A stretch of 64,000 bases of DNA from Geosiphon pyriformis uo1. Taxonomy: Eukaryota; Fungi; Glomeromycota. The position numbers and the translations under genes are program-made. Positions 52,074-64,000 of this stretch are shown here, in pieces. Below the pieces are notes generated by a model. It was given only the letters and a program-made list of their open reading frames with translations, searched no databases and was not told the DNA's origin. Numbering within the stretch: the stretch's first letter is position 1; the number at the start of each line of letters is the position of its first letter. Location: positions 186,001 through 250,000 of the forward strand of contig JAAOMT010000435.1 of the NCBI GenBank assembly GCA_016748015.1. The letters are read 5' to 3'.

Positions 52074-53400
52074 ATATATTGTAAAAAACTACTGTGCAAA
52101 GCCATTAATAAATTGGTTTAACATTTGTAATATTGTAAAGTAATTCATGTTAATTGCTTGTATTTGGTGCAGATTTTTATGAAAGCATTCCAAATAAGTA
52201 GTGATTGCTTCTGCATTATTTTGCTTGATAGTAGTGAAGATAGTTGTTAAGTGATTAATACTATTATTATTACTAAAGTATCTTAAAAATTCAATTTTAA
52301 ATGCATTAAAGATTAGGGATTTGTTGATTAAGCTCTAATATTACAAATTGGTAGTATCTTGTAAAAAATATGAGATGACTTATAAGACTCTGTCATTGTC
52401 TTATTCATTGGCTGTAATGGTTTTTGCCATATTATTTAGTCATGCTTGAGCATTATTTTTTTTACTGGTAAATTTTTTTAATTTGACAATTGGTACATAT
52501 GTCATTGGTATAAGTTGTTATTATTGTAGTTATAGTTGAATAACAGCAATTGGTACAACTAGAAGATTAATTACAATTACTGGAGGTATGTTTTGGGAAA
52601 CAATAAGAGCAGAATTTAAATTGTTTGAGTTTTGCTAAGTTAAAACAATTGGAGTTTGTATTTCTGAGTTTTCTGAAATTGAGTTTTAATTATAAATTTC
52701 TTGATCATTGTTTTTTTTTTCTTCTGAGTCAGTTCTTTCCTAAAGACTAGTAGCTTTGAAATCTGGTGGCAGTAGTAATAATTAAAGTCCTAATAGGGTC
52801 ATTAGTTATGATTTAAATTCTTCAAAAAAGTTGCTATAGGTTTTTAATAATTTGGCTTTTTCTTGGTTGTTTTGAAATAGTATTCTGAATAAAAGTGTTT
52901 TAATATAACCATAATTGATGTTATTTGGATGGTATTTTTTAGTGTATAATAATATGATAGGTAAATAAGTAAAACTATTTTTGGTTTTTTTAATGTAAGT
53001 GGTTATATTCTTTTTGGTGTTCCTTTTGGAGTTTGTAATTTTCTTTTTTTATTATCTGTAAAGATAATAAAAAATTTCTGTCAGGTGCACTTCTCAATTT
53101 CTTTGTTGATTTTTGTGATTAGTAAGGTAAAAAAATGATTTTGTGGAAACATGATGCTTTAAAGTAATTTACTATAGAAATTGTTAAGTGCTGTTTCTAA
53201 ATTTCTTTGGTCTCCCAAGTAGGATTTAATTTTTTGTTAATGTAGAAATTAAAAGCTGATTCTGCTGGTTAATAGTTACTTGTCAATTCAAGATAAGTTT
53301 GATAGTATTGGAATAAAGCTTTTATGAATTTCAAATAGTTGGTTCCTATTTTTTCTAATTCTGCTACTGTTCTGAATAATTGTTGTTGGTGCTGGTTCTC
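52074..53400 (-). pseudogene. N-terminal gag of copy B, disrupted
   Basis: Homologous to 37000-37900 of copy E ('MTYVPIVKLKKFTSKKNNAQA*LNNMAK' capsid-like region). Joins 48884 across the nested element. Confidence 0.75.
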
Positions 53401-53431
53401 TACTGAATTATACCTTACAGAAAGCACCAAA

Positions 53432-54405
53432 TATTACAAATGCTTATTTGTGGTGTTAGTACAAATAACAAATTTGTAATTTAATGCTCAATAGCTTAAT
53501 AATATTGGTAATTTTAAAAGTTTTTATAATTTAAAGATTTTGGTAGAGTTCTTTGTATAATAAACAAAAATTCAATTAATGTTTTAGTATCTGTTCTGAA
53601 AGTTTTTTCTGTAAATTTTTTTTTTAGTGTGGTGGTCAGTCTTTTTTAACAGTCTTGTTCTTCTGGTAAGCTATCTTCAATTTTATAAATTTTTTATTCT
53701 TGTTTCATAGATCTTTTACTAAGCTATTTTTAATATCAATAATTTAGCACTTAATTTTTTTAATCAATTAGTAAACAACAAAAAAATGAAACAAAAGAAA
53801 ATAAAAAAAATAAAAAAAAATAAAAAAAAAATTAAGAAATTAATATCTCATTAATAGCCATAATCATGAGCTATTAGTCCAATGTAGTTAAGTATTAGAT
53901 TTTATCAACATAGAGTGTTAATAAAATAAAAGTGATTAATATTTCTTTGATTAAGTAATAATAATATAGATTTAGGTAATAATTGATATTTTATTGATAT
54001 ATAATTTTATTTTACTTTAAGTTGTAAAAAACTATTTTTTAAAAGGAAGAATATTGGGTAATTAATGAATTCTAACTGATTATTAGTATTGATTTTGTTC
54101 TTTTTGCTTCTAACACTTTTGCTATATAAACATAATTCTTGTTATATAAGATCTCATATTTTTTTGAGCAATGTGCTCTATTTTCTCTAATAATATATTC
54201 ATTGTTAAGCAGTATGCCATAATTTATTGACAATATACACATTGTTAAACAGTATGCCATAATTTATTGATAATATATATATTGTTAAACAATGTGTTAT
54301 AATTTTCTGATATTGTGCTTACTTGCTAAGTACTATTTTTTTATTGATCTATTTTTTTATTTGTTTTTCTTATTTTCTTTTTTTGTACTTTTTCTATAAG
54401 TAACA
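53432..54405 (-). repeat. 5' LTR of copy B
   Basis: tattacaaatgcttatttgtgg...ctataagtaaca; adjacent PBS remnant. Confidence 0.88.
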
Positions 54406-54419
54406 ATGTCTCAAATTTT

Positions 54420-57400
54420 TTAAAGAACATAATTTTGAAAAAAAAAATTTTGTTTTTTCTTGTTGTTTTTCTTTAATATTTCTCAACTTAATAACTCTTT
54501 TATTGTAAATTAAAAGCTGTTTCAAGCAGTAGTATGTTTAAAAAAAACATTTAAAGAGACTTTTTATGGTTCTGTTAGTGGCTTTTTTTTCAAAAAAAAA
54601 GTTATTTTTGGTAATATTAAGCATTTTAATAATAAGAAAAACATTTTTTTGATCAAATTTGGTCTTAATAATAATATGGTTTTGAATATAGATAATAATT
54701 TTAGTGATAGTAAAGATAGTAACTCTGTAATTGGTATTAGTGATAAATTTTTTTTTGGTTCAGCTGCTATAATTTTTAAGGCCAAAATAATGTCTGGTGT
54801 AATTTGTGGTTTTTTTTTTGGTTTTTTTGATTTTGATATGAATAAAAAAGTTGGTTTACTTCTATTTTCTCTTAATATTTTTTAAACAAAAAATAAATTG
54901 ACTTCAAAATAGTAAAAACTTCAGTTAAAGTTGCTGTTAAAAAATCTTTTACTTTGAATATTAATTTGTTAGCAGTAAAAAACAAATCAGCAATAGCTAA
55001 AACTTAAACAATCAGAAAATTTTTTTCATCAATCAATAATTTTGGAGAGGTTACTACTCTCTTAAAATTTGAAAAAATTATTAGATTAATGTTTATATTA
55101 AAAGAAAACATAAAAAAAACTACATTATTGGCTTAAGAAAAAAAGAATTATTGTAAACAACAATATTAAAAAACAAGTAATACATTTAGATTAGACTGTA
55201 ATTATCAAAAAATTCTCATAAATACATCTAAAAAAATGATTGTTACTGCTTTTTCTAAGTTTGGTTAAGTGATGTCAATTTAATTACAATTAATTAGACT
55301 GTAACAAAAAACTGTAATAAAATTTGTTAAATTGGCTTAAGCAGATTAGTTGGCAGCAAAATAGTTATTTTTAATTAGAAAAGATTTGGTACATATGACA
55401 AAAGCTATAGAAGATTAAATGTTTAGATATCTAGAAATCAGTTTAAAGTATTTTTGTTTACTTTATTCATAAGAATAACTGCTCATAATCTTAGTGCTCT
55501 ATTAAAAAAGACAAATAAAAAAGCTTGCATCATAAATTAATCATTTAAAATTGGAAATAGAGTTCACTGTACTATGGTTGGTTTTGAATTAAAAAAAAAA
55601 CTTAAATTTATTTTTTACATAAATCTAATTTTTAATAATATAAAACTTTCTTGAATTAGTATAAATTTGGTTTGATGTAAAAAATATGGACATTTTGAAT
55701 ACTTTGTTCTAAAATGTAATATATCTGGTATATTACTTTTGTTTTCTAAAAATTTTTTAAAAAAGTTGTTTTGAAAGAGAATTATTTCTAGTTGGCCAGA
55801 TTATATGCTAAAAAAAGTGTTTCTATTTCCTGTCCTGCCATATTTAGTGGCAAATTTTGGGCTTAAGTAGTTTCACTTACTGTTTTTTTTAATTATACTT
55901 GTTCTGATTTTGGTTTTGGTTCTGGATTTTTTTTTTAATACATTATGTATTAAAAAAAGTCTTCTAATTGTTCAAGATAATTTATCTATTAATGTTTATT
56001 TGATGTCTTTAAAATGCTCTTTAAAGCTTTTGGCAAATTAAGTATTAAATATTGTGCAAAAATTAAGCTTTGTGAATTTTGTGTTTATAATAACTATTTC
56101 TCAATCTTTTTTTTTTACTATGTTTGTATCATTAAATTCGAATTTAGATTTGAATATAATTTTAAATAGCTTATCTGTATTATCTGTTCTTCTTTCTTTA
56201 ATTGTAAATAAAAAAATTTTAGATTTGAATTTAAGTAAATCAAAAATTCTAACCACTAAAATGAGTTGCTTGAAAACAAAAATAATGGCTTTTAAAGTTT
56301 CAATTAGTTTGGTTTTGGTAAAATTAAATCAGTTGTGCTCTGGTTTGAACTCTCTAATACTTTCATTATTTCAATAACTAATTTAATATAAAAATTTACT
56401 ACATGTAATATTCAGAGTATCAATGTTTCTGCAAAGCAAGAAGACATTGTTTATTGGCATAAAAGTTTGAATAATATAGTTTTTATTATTATAGAAACAA
56501 AGTTAAGATCTAGTATTAAGCCATAGATTGTGAATAAATTTGATAGAGTACAAATTTTTATATCTGGTTTGGATAGAAGTTTTTTGGTGCTAGTGTGATT
56601 ATTTTTATAAACAATTCTCTGGTTCAACACATTTCTAAGATAAAAAAAGTTCTTAGTTAGGTTATTTTAATACAGTTTTTTTTAAAAGCAAAGCTTTCAG
56701 TTATGATATTGGATTTATATGTTGGTATTTCTGCTAAAATTAAGTTTGGTTAGGCTGTAAAAGTTAACTTTTGTATTGCTAAAGCAGTTAACTCCAGTAC
56801 TTTTATGGTTTTAAATAAAGATTTCAATAAAAATAGACTTAAGAAGAATGTAAGTTTCAAGTTCTGTTTAAATTTAAGATTGGTCAATTTGTTTAATAAA
56901 AATTTATTAGTTAAAGTTTTCATTTAGAGCAATTTAAGAGATGTTAAAAAGATCATAAATTATATTTTTGTAAGTAAAAATTTGTTGTTAGTAGTAACTA
57001 GTTATAGAGTTAGCTCTGTTTCTGATTTTTTTGATATCAATCACAAAACAGTTTTGGTTTCAATTAGTTTGGGTGGTCTTTTAGATGTCTATTTGAATAA
57101 TATGTGCAAGTAAGCTAATAAAAATTGCTGGAAATTCAAAATTAAGAATGCAAATTATGTCAAATTAATATAATTTAGAAAGTATTCTTCTGTCAAATTT
57201 TTAGTAATGGTAAAAAAGTTTTTAGAAGTTAAGATTTGTGAAAATTTAGACATCATATAAGAGCTGTTGAAAAAAGTAATAGTGAAATTAGTTGATAAAA
57301 CATTTTCTAAATTTTGGTTCAGTAAGTTTTAGTGTTCAAGAAACAGGCAGTTTTTAAAATTTTTTGGATTAAAAATACTGATTGCCAAGATTGTTAAGAA

Positions 57401-60400
57401 ATTAAGCTTAGATAATATAATTAAATTCGATTGTTTTGCTAAAAAATAATCATTTTTGAATAATAAAAAAGCTTTTAAGATTATGAATATGATTTAAAAT
57501 AGTAAAAAATTAATAAATATTTTTGAATATTTGTTAACAGTTCAGAAGAAGTACAAAAAGTTCAAACTTTATAAGTTAAAAATGGCTAAAAAAACATTCA
57601 TTAGAAAGACAATTAAGAAATACATAGAAAGTTTTTGTTCTAGTAAAGAAAGTATAATAAGTAGTATTTTGAATTGGTTTTTTTATAAAGTAGTTTTGGA
57701 TTACTTAGTAATAAAAAATAAGTTGGTTTTGGAGCCAAAAAAAGTTAATCTTAATATTGACAAGATTATAAAAAATTGGACAAAAAAGTAAATTATATTT
57801 ATAATAATATTTGATCTTTGGACTTGCCAATATATATTATTAGACTATATAAATAATAATGCTTTTTTTGAAATAATAAAAAAGATTAGTATAAAAGAAT
57901 TAATTATGATTATTAATGGTCTGCTTAATAGCAAAGCTGTTAGATTATTTGGTATTCTTAATAAATTTTAGAAGCATAATAGTAATACTGTAGTAAGATG
58001 TCTTTTAGAACTTCTGAATACATGTTTATTTCTTAATAATATTTTTGTTTTATGAAAAAAAATATAGATCTTGATAATTCCTAAGCCTTATAATTAAAAT
58101 AGAGTTTTAATAAACACTTAACCTATTGCATTAATTAAAACAACCAGAAAAATTCTCTATAAGACTCTTTTAAATCAAATTTTGTCTATATATAGTAAGT
58201 TTGATATTCTTTAAAGTAACAATTTTTTAATATTAAAGAGCACTTTAATTCAGTCTCTTGTATTTGTTATTGAGTTTGTAATTAAAGATGTTTTAAAAAA
58301 AAACAGAGAACTGTAGTTGTTTCTATAAAATATGTGCAAAGCATATGACTTAGTTAAATAATATTACTTAAAAACTAGCTTGCAACAAATCAAGATGTGC
58401 AATCAGTTTATTAAATTTTTTGGCAGCATATATAAAAATAAAATCAACAGAGTAATGATTAATTTTGGTTTCTTAAATGGCTATAAAGTATATGATTTTT
58501 TTATCTTTTCTTTAAAAATTTTTTATGATTTATTTTTATATAAAATTAAGAGATATGAACATTTATGTAGATATCAAATTAATATCAAGTTTGTAGCCAA
58601 AACAGATAAAATTGAGAATAATGATAAAATAACTTCTTTTTTTTCTGCTAATATATTTGTAAATAACACAATTTGGATTGAAAATTGTTAAGTTTTTATA
58701 AAATATTCTTTGGACATTATGAGTGAATTTTTTATAATCAATAATATTTTAATAAACAATAAAAAAACAGTGGTTATTTTTATTAATCAAAGTGTTAAGA
58801 TTGTTTTTTTAAAAATTAGTGGCCTACTAATTTCAATTGCCAAGAAAAGTAAAGTACACAAATACCTAGAAATATTTTTATCAACTGAGAGGTTATTAAA
58901 GCCAAATTTGGCTAAGATTCATTCTGATATTCAATTTTTTGTTAATGTAATACTTAAAAAAACTATTATAGATAAACAGTTCTTTTATTTGGTGTTGGCT
59001 GTCTTGTAGTCTATTGTCAGCTATAGGTTTTAGTTTAGTTTTGTTTTATCTAATATGTATTATAAATAAAACATTATGATTAGAAAAAATCTCAAATCCA
59101 AAGCCAATTTACTATATAATTTTTCTAGTAAAGCATTGTACTATCTTTCTTTTTATGGTTTAAAGTCATTTAAATAAATACAGACCAAAAATAAATTAAT
59201 ATCTGTAGTGTATTTCTTTAATGCTTTAGGCATTTTTAGACAATTGTTTTATCAAACTTGTAAATTTTGGACTGAACTTTTTCAAATTTCTTGTAATGTT
59301 CTGTAAAATTGCATATCAGTTTTGTTAATAATTTTTTTGGTCAATGGTTTGTTTTTAAGTAATAATTTGCTTAGTATATTTTATAATCTTAGAAAATTTT
59401 AATGTCTAATATTTTAAAAAAGTTTTTGTATTATAATTTAATTTGTTTTTTGAAAAAATTTAGAATGGTATTTGAAAATAGGCTTTTAAACAAAAAAAAT
59501 AGTATAATAAATTGAAAAACATTTTATTATTAAAAAAAGTTAGATTTTAGAAGCCTTGTACTATTTTGGTTCAGATTGGCATCAAAGTTTTTGCACACTA
59601 TCTGTTAATTTTGCTTAAAATAATATGTTATATGATTTGAGTATTCTGAAATCTAACAAGTTTTTTGATATGTATAAACATTTATATAAGATTTAGTCTA
59701 ATATTATCAAGATGTATACAAATGGTTCTTTAAAAAACATAAGTTTTGCTAATATTACCAATAGGACTGTCATGTATTTTTCAGCCATAAATGTGAATAT
59801 TAAAATTGAAATAAATAGTTTTCTGTTATCTATTTTGGTTGAATTACAGACTGTTGTTTTGTTTTTGGAGTGTATTGTTTTGTTTTGTGTGGTAATTTTG
59901 CATCTGAATAGCCAGACAGCTATTGATATTTGTGTTGTTGAAAAAGATTTTGTGATGTCTAACTTTTGTAATTATTATTGAATAGAAAAAAGACATATTG
60001 CAAATTTAATAAGAGATAAGGATTTTTTAGTTAAATAGATAAAAATCAAGAGTCATTTGGAAATTTCAAACAATGAAAAAGCAGGTCAAATAATAAATGA
60101 AACTATTAGTTTTTCTTTGTTTCTGCCAAGTAAAATACATGAACATTATATTGTAATAACAAAGCTGTTTCTAATAATACTCAATATTTTATTTATAATA
60201 TGTACTGTTCTATTTGTTGTACTTAATAAGAAGTTGGTTTTGATTGTAAAATAGTATCAAGCAATTTAATTAAAAACATAGATTAGTTGTCTACTGTAAA
60301 AGTATAACATCTTAATTAGCATATGTTGTTTAAATTTACTAGCAGAGTTTCTGTCAATTTGTGCACATATTTAATAAAAGCTATACATAAATATTTGCCA

Positions 60401-60571
60401 ATAGCAATTAGAAAAAGATTGTATAATAAGAAGTATTTGAGTGTATTGTACTTATTTTATGACAAAGTAAAACTTCCAAATTATGTCTTTATTTGCACTA
60501 GAAGTGTTAAATTTTGTGAAAAAATATTGTTAGAGTTTTCTAATCTTTGAAAATTATTGGTTGGAGTTTGT

Positions 60572-60572
<1 letters not shown>
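54420..60572 (+). mobile_element. LINE copy L4 (L1-like subfamily), heavily decayed, interrupted near its 3' end by L5
   Basis: ORF1 ~54500-56377 is colinear with L1. ORF2 from 56374 shows 'TTCNIQ', 'IFVNNTIWIE', RNase H 'MYTNGSL..LNSQT' and the Zn-finger region 60323-60550. Confidence 0.88.
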
Positions 60573-60626
<54 letters not shown>

Positions 60627-63600
60627 TAAAGATTTTACGAGTGCAGTCCAACTACTACCTAAGTATATAAAATACACAGAATCTAAATTAAGCATGATTC
60701 ATGCTTTTTCTACACGTAACTAGCCACTCGGACCAACCAAGGCAGCACTATGCATCCATAATTCCTGCTACAAAAAAACCACTAAAGAAACCAAAGTCCA
60801 ATTTTGTAAGACATGAGTGCAACCCAAAGCACATGTGAACATCCAACCTGAGACCAAAATCTTGGATTGACCCAGCAGACCACAAAGAAGACAGACCAGA
60901 CACTGAAGAAAAAAAAGAGCTGTCTCATGGCAGAAGGTTATGCTTTTCATAATAAGATCTCAACTTAGCTGTTGGTATCCAAACGGCTGACCTGTGACTT
61001 TCAGCAAAATAACAAACAAAATTGACAACCAACATACTTCCACCAAAACCAGCATCTAAATGGCTTACTGTGTCAGCCACTCAGCCTTTCAACACAAGAC
61101 TTTTAACTAATGCTGTGAATAGATCAATAGAAGATCCAGCCTCAAGCAGCAAATTAGCAATCGCATTTCCATCAGTAGAAATTCTCAGTGTCACATTTCA
61201 CTCCATAGAAGCATCAAACAACAAAGTTTCCCTAATATTGGCATCATGAACACAAGAAAACACGTGATTAGAGTCTTCCACCAATCCACACCAAATGCAG
61301 ACAATACTTGGATATCTCAGATTGTATAATTTTTTCCTTTTGGCCATTGGTAAGTGGTGGTGAAGCACCTTTATAAGATATGACTGAAGTGTCACTGATG
61401 CATTACTGGTGTAGCCATATTTGATCTTGCCATCAGGATGCCAAACACAAAAGGTTTTGGCCTTATCAAAACAGTCACAAAAACCTGCACTAATAAAGCT
61501 ACCAACACATTTGGCTTCCCAACTGACAAAGTGAACAGCATTAAACAATTTTTTGACAACATGACAAGCATTTCCGGAGACAGGCCTGTCTTCAACTCTA
61601 AGAAAGTAATAAAAAACCACAAGAGGCAGAAAAAACTTAGAAGCAACAGTGGCATCAGCATAAAAATTGGCACATTCATTTCCAACAACACCAGAATGAC
61701 TCTTGACTTTGTTCCAATTAACTGATAAGTCTTTTCTAGAGATAATGCAGCGAATATGTTCTTTTTTGATCCAGCATTTGTCATGAAAATTAGGACTAAA
61801 CATATCACCACCAGATTCGCACAAGTTCAGTGAAGTCTGGCTGTCAGTAAACAAATTAATAGACTGAGAAGTGGGCACACACTCTAAAACAAGTGCAATG
61901 GCTTGCAGCTCCACCAGAGTTGAGGACAACAACTCATCCACCTTGACCCCAATGCTAATGTTTGCATCTGGAAAGTAGGTGGCAGCACCATCACAAACAC
62001 TCAACAAACCCAAACTTTTGACAGAACTATCTGTATAGATGGTTACAGAACTCAAATCAGAATTCAGCAAATGTTCATTGATGTAACCAAAGTTACAAAA
62101 AGAGTCAGTGAGAGCTGAACAATAAGGCAACACCACACAATTTGACAAACCAGACAGGAACCAGGCCTCTAGGATCCAGCTTCTTTTATCTGCGAAAAGT
62201 GTTCTACTTAAAACATGCACCTTGGCAGTCCAAAAGCTGATGAACAAACACTATGCCATACCTCCTAAGAGATCTTGCCACACACAAATAAGACTTTAAA
62301 CCGAGCACATCCAAAACTGCGATACTATTCTTGGCCCAAAAAACATCAGGCAGATTACCACCCAATGAGAGGTTGCACAACTTGAGAACATGTGTCACAC
62401 CAGCCAAAAAACAATTTGTGAGATCAATTAGCAAATTGATCGAAACTCTTAGAGAGTGCTGGAACATCCAGCTAGTGGCTTGCAACTCCATGGTTCTGTG
62501 CTCGAATAGTTTACCAAGGATTCCATCAGCATTCACAAACACAACCAAGCCAGCCAATATATTCTCAGCCAGTACTTGTTCAAAAGTCCTTAAACCATAT
62601 AATTCTGAATAATACAAAGTCTCATTTGGAAAATTCTTGGGTAGATTGGCCTTGAGCTTTAATCTCTTCCTCAACATTTTGTCTCACTTTTCACAAACAC
62701 TCTTAAAGATACAACTAAACTGTAGCCTGTAACTAATTATGGGCTGCAGAACAGCAGAGACTAAATACAAAAATTGCTTTTCAGTAATAGTCTTCCTTAA
62801 CACTACATTTGAAAAGAACCTAATATCCAAATAGGCTTTGGCTAAACTTGGCTTAGATAGGCTATCTGTAGAAAAAAAAATCCCTAAGTATCAGTAAGAC
62901 ACACCCTTCTTGGCAATAAAAATCCTAGAGCCACTGATTGACAAAGAAATCTCCCTGGCCCCTCAATTGATAGGAATAACAACTGTTTTGTCTGTGTTGA
63001 TAGCAATATCATTAATTGAAAAAAATTTATTTGCAACATCCAAAATGCATTGTGTGGCCGCCAGACAATTCCCAACCCAAATAGTGTCATCCACAAAGGC
63101 ACTGGCTGCAAAATAGGAGGTTTTGCCACCCTTAGGGTCAGCTCTACCTGTTCTGGTAAAAAATTTAGAATTCAATCTATAGCCACACAATTGTTCATGC
63201 CTTTTGACCTTACAAAGCAAAAAGTCATAAAAGATCTTCCACAACAATGGTGAAAAAACTTCTTCTTAATCCAACCCATTATGAACAACATATCCATCAG
63301 TTAGACTAAAGTTTGTCATTACCCGATTGGTCTGATTATTGTGTATATTTCCAAAAAGTTTAATAAAACAGAGGCACATTTTGATCTTAGTTAGACTATT
63401 TTACAGATAAAGCCATCTGACTGAGTCATAAGCTTTTTGCATATTCTGAAGCACCAGCCACAGCTCTCTGTTCTTCTCAAATGCATCTTCAATGATAGAA
63501 CCAACAGTGAAGATAGGAGTTTGAGTAGATGTACCCTTTAAAACTAAAAAATTGTCCCCACAAAGGACATCAGAAACACTACAAGCCAGAGATATTCTGT

Positions 63601-64000
63601 TAGACAGAACCTTAGACAGTATCTTCTTGGCTGTCTCAATCAAAGCTATTGGTCTGATATTGGTAAGTGTTCCTTCTCAATTATAGAACTTTGATATCAT
63701 GAAAATCCAGACTTGCTTTCACTGTGAAAAAACTGCCCTTAACTTTAAGCACACATTAAGAATGTTAAGCAGACCACCCAAAACCTGAGCATCTCCATGC
63801 TTCCAAAGCTTATTAGGAATACCAGACATGCCAGCAGCTTTTCTATCAGGCAGTTTTTTGACTATTAAGAGAAACTCATCTGATTTAATCATATTCATGA
63901 CCTTTGAAAATGCATTATTACTAACATGGTCTAAGGGAGCATATTGATTAGACCAACAAACAGGCAGAGAGACAGGAGCAACTCATTTCCTCGTCCATCC
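60573..64000 (-). mobile_element. LINE copy L5, younger, antisense; 3' half with a 52-nt poly(A); extends beyond the window
   Basis: T-run 60573-60624, 3'UTR homologous to L1/L2, visibly higher GC and retained CpGs. Confidence 0.93.
60748..64000 (-). pseudogene. LINE ORF2 (RT-RNase H-Zn finger), few disruptions
   Basis: 'LQNMQKAYDSV' and intact 'SAFVDDTIWVG'. The 349-aa ORF 61198-62247 has RNase H 'IYTDSS..ELQAI..FTDSQ..KVKSHSGVVGNECAN' and 'CIWC..HVFSC'. Confidence 0.92.

Larger units (their letters stand above)
40531..54405 (-). mobile_element. Full-length Ty3/Gypsy family 1 copy B (two LTRs) carrying two nested insertions
   Basis: LTRs 40531-41462 and 53432-54405. PBS remnant (ccttacagaaagcacca on +) beside 53432; PPT beside 41462. 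Flanks atac/atgt are only a weak TSD candidate. Confidence 0.88.

Noticed and set aside
60625-60750. Known self-cleaving ribozyme in the LINE 3'UTR
   Set aside because: There is no hammerhead CUGANGA core, and I could not fit HDV or twister consensus by eye. It is kept only as an unclassified structure.
116-63253. Numerous short ORFs antisense to the elements (e.g. 116-358, 1635-1874, 7341-7721, 31126-31386, 61438-61725, 62331-62612)
   Set aside because: They are shadow frames of retrotransposon coding regions, with no independent motifs or consistent conservation.
1-64000. Prokaryotic or organellar origin, or an alternative genetic code explaining the many TGA/TAA stops
   Set aside because: Stops occur at different positions in different copies and derive from TGG/CAA/CAG/CGA by transitions. 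The content is typical of eukaryotic nuclear retrotransposons.

Overview
This window is about 64 kb of very AT-rich, CpG-depleted eukaryotic DNA made almost entirely of decayed, nested retrotransposons. I found no host gene, RNA gene or CRISPR array. The element types and protein style resemble Glomeromycotina (arbuscular-mycorrhizal/Geosiphon-type) fungi, but that assignment is inference from recall, not shown. Contents: (1) Five non-LTR LINEs of one superfamily. ORF1 carries RRM-like, CCHC and coiled-coil regions; ORF2 is APE-RT-RNase H-CCHC. Four lie on + (1-6731, ~6900-13625, ~13700-15290, ~54420-60572), and a younger one lies on - (60573-64000) with a 52-nt poly(A). (2) A 39-kb nest (15291-54405) of Ty3/Gypsy elements from two families. 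Family 1 has the order gag-PR-Cys-rich domain-dUTPase-RT-RH-IN-extra region; family 2 has gag-PR-Cys/Trp spacer-RT-RH-IN-extra ORF. The nest also holds solo LTRs and a non-autonomous two-LTR element, with TG..CA ends, 4-bp TSDs and a shared TGGTGCTCCCTGTGAAG-type PBS. All coding regions are broken by pervasive C>T/G>A transitions. The most notable observations are the dUTPase plus multi-CxxC insert in family 1, the env-position extra ORFs, an anti-PBS motif next to the PPT, and a conserved, apparently pseudoknotted LINE 3'UTR. Coordinates were read by eye; internal domain boundaries are approximate.
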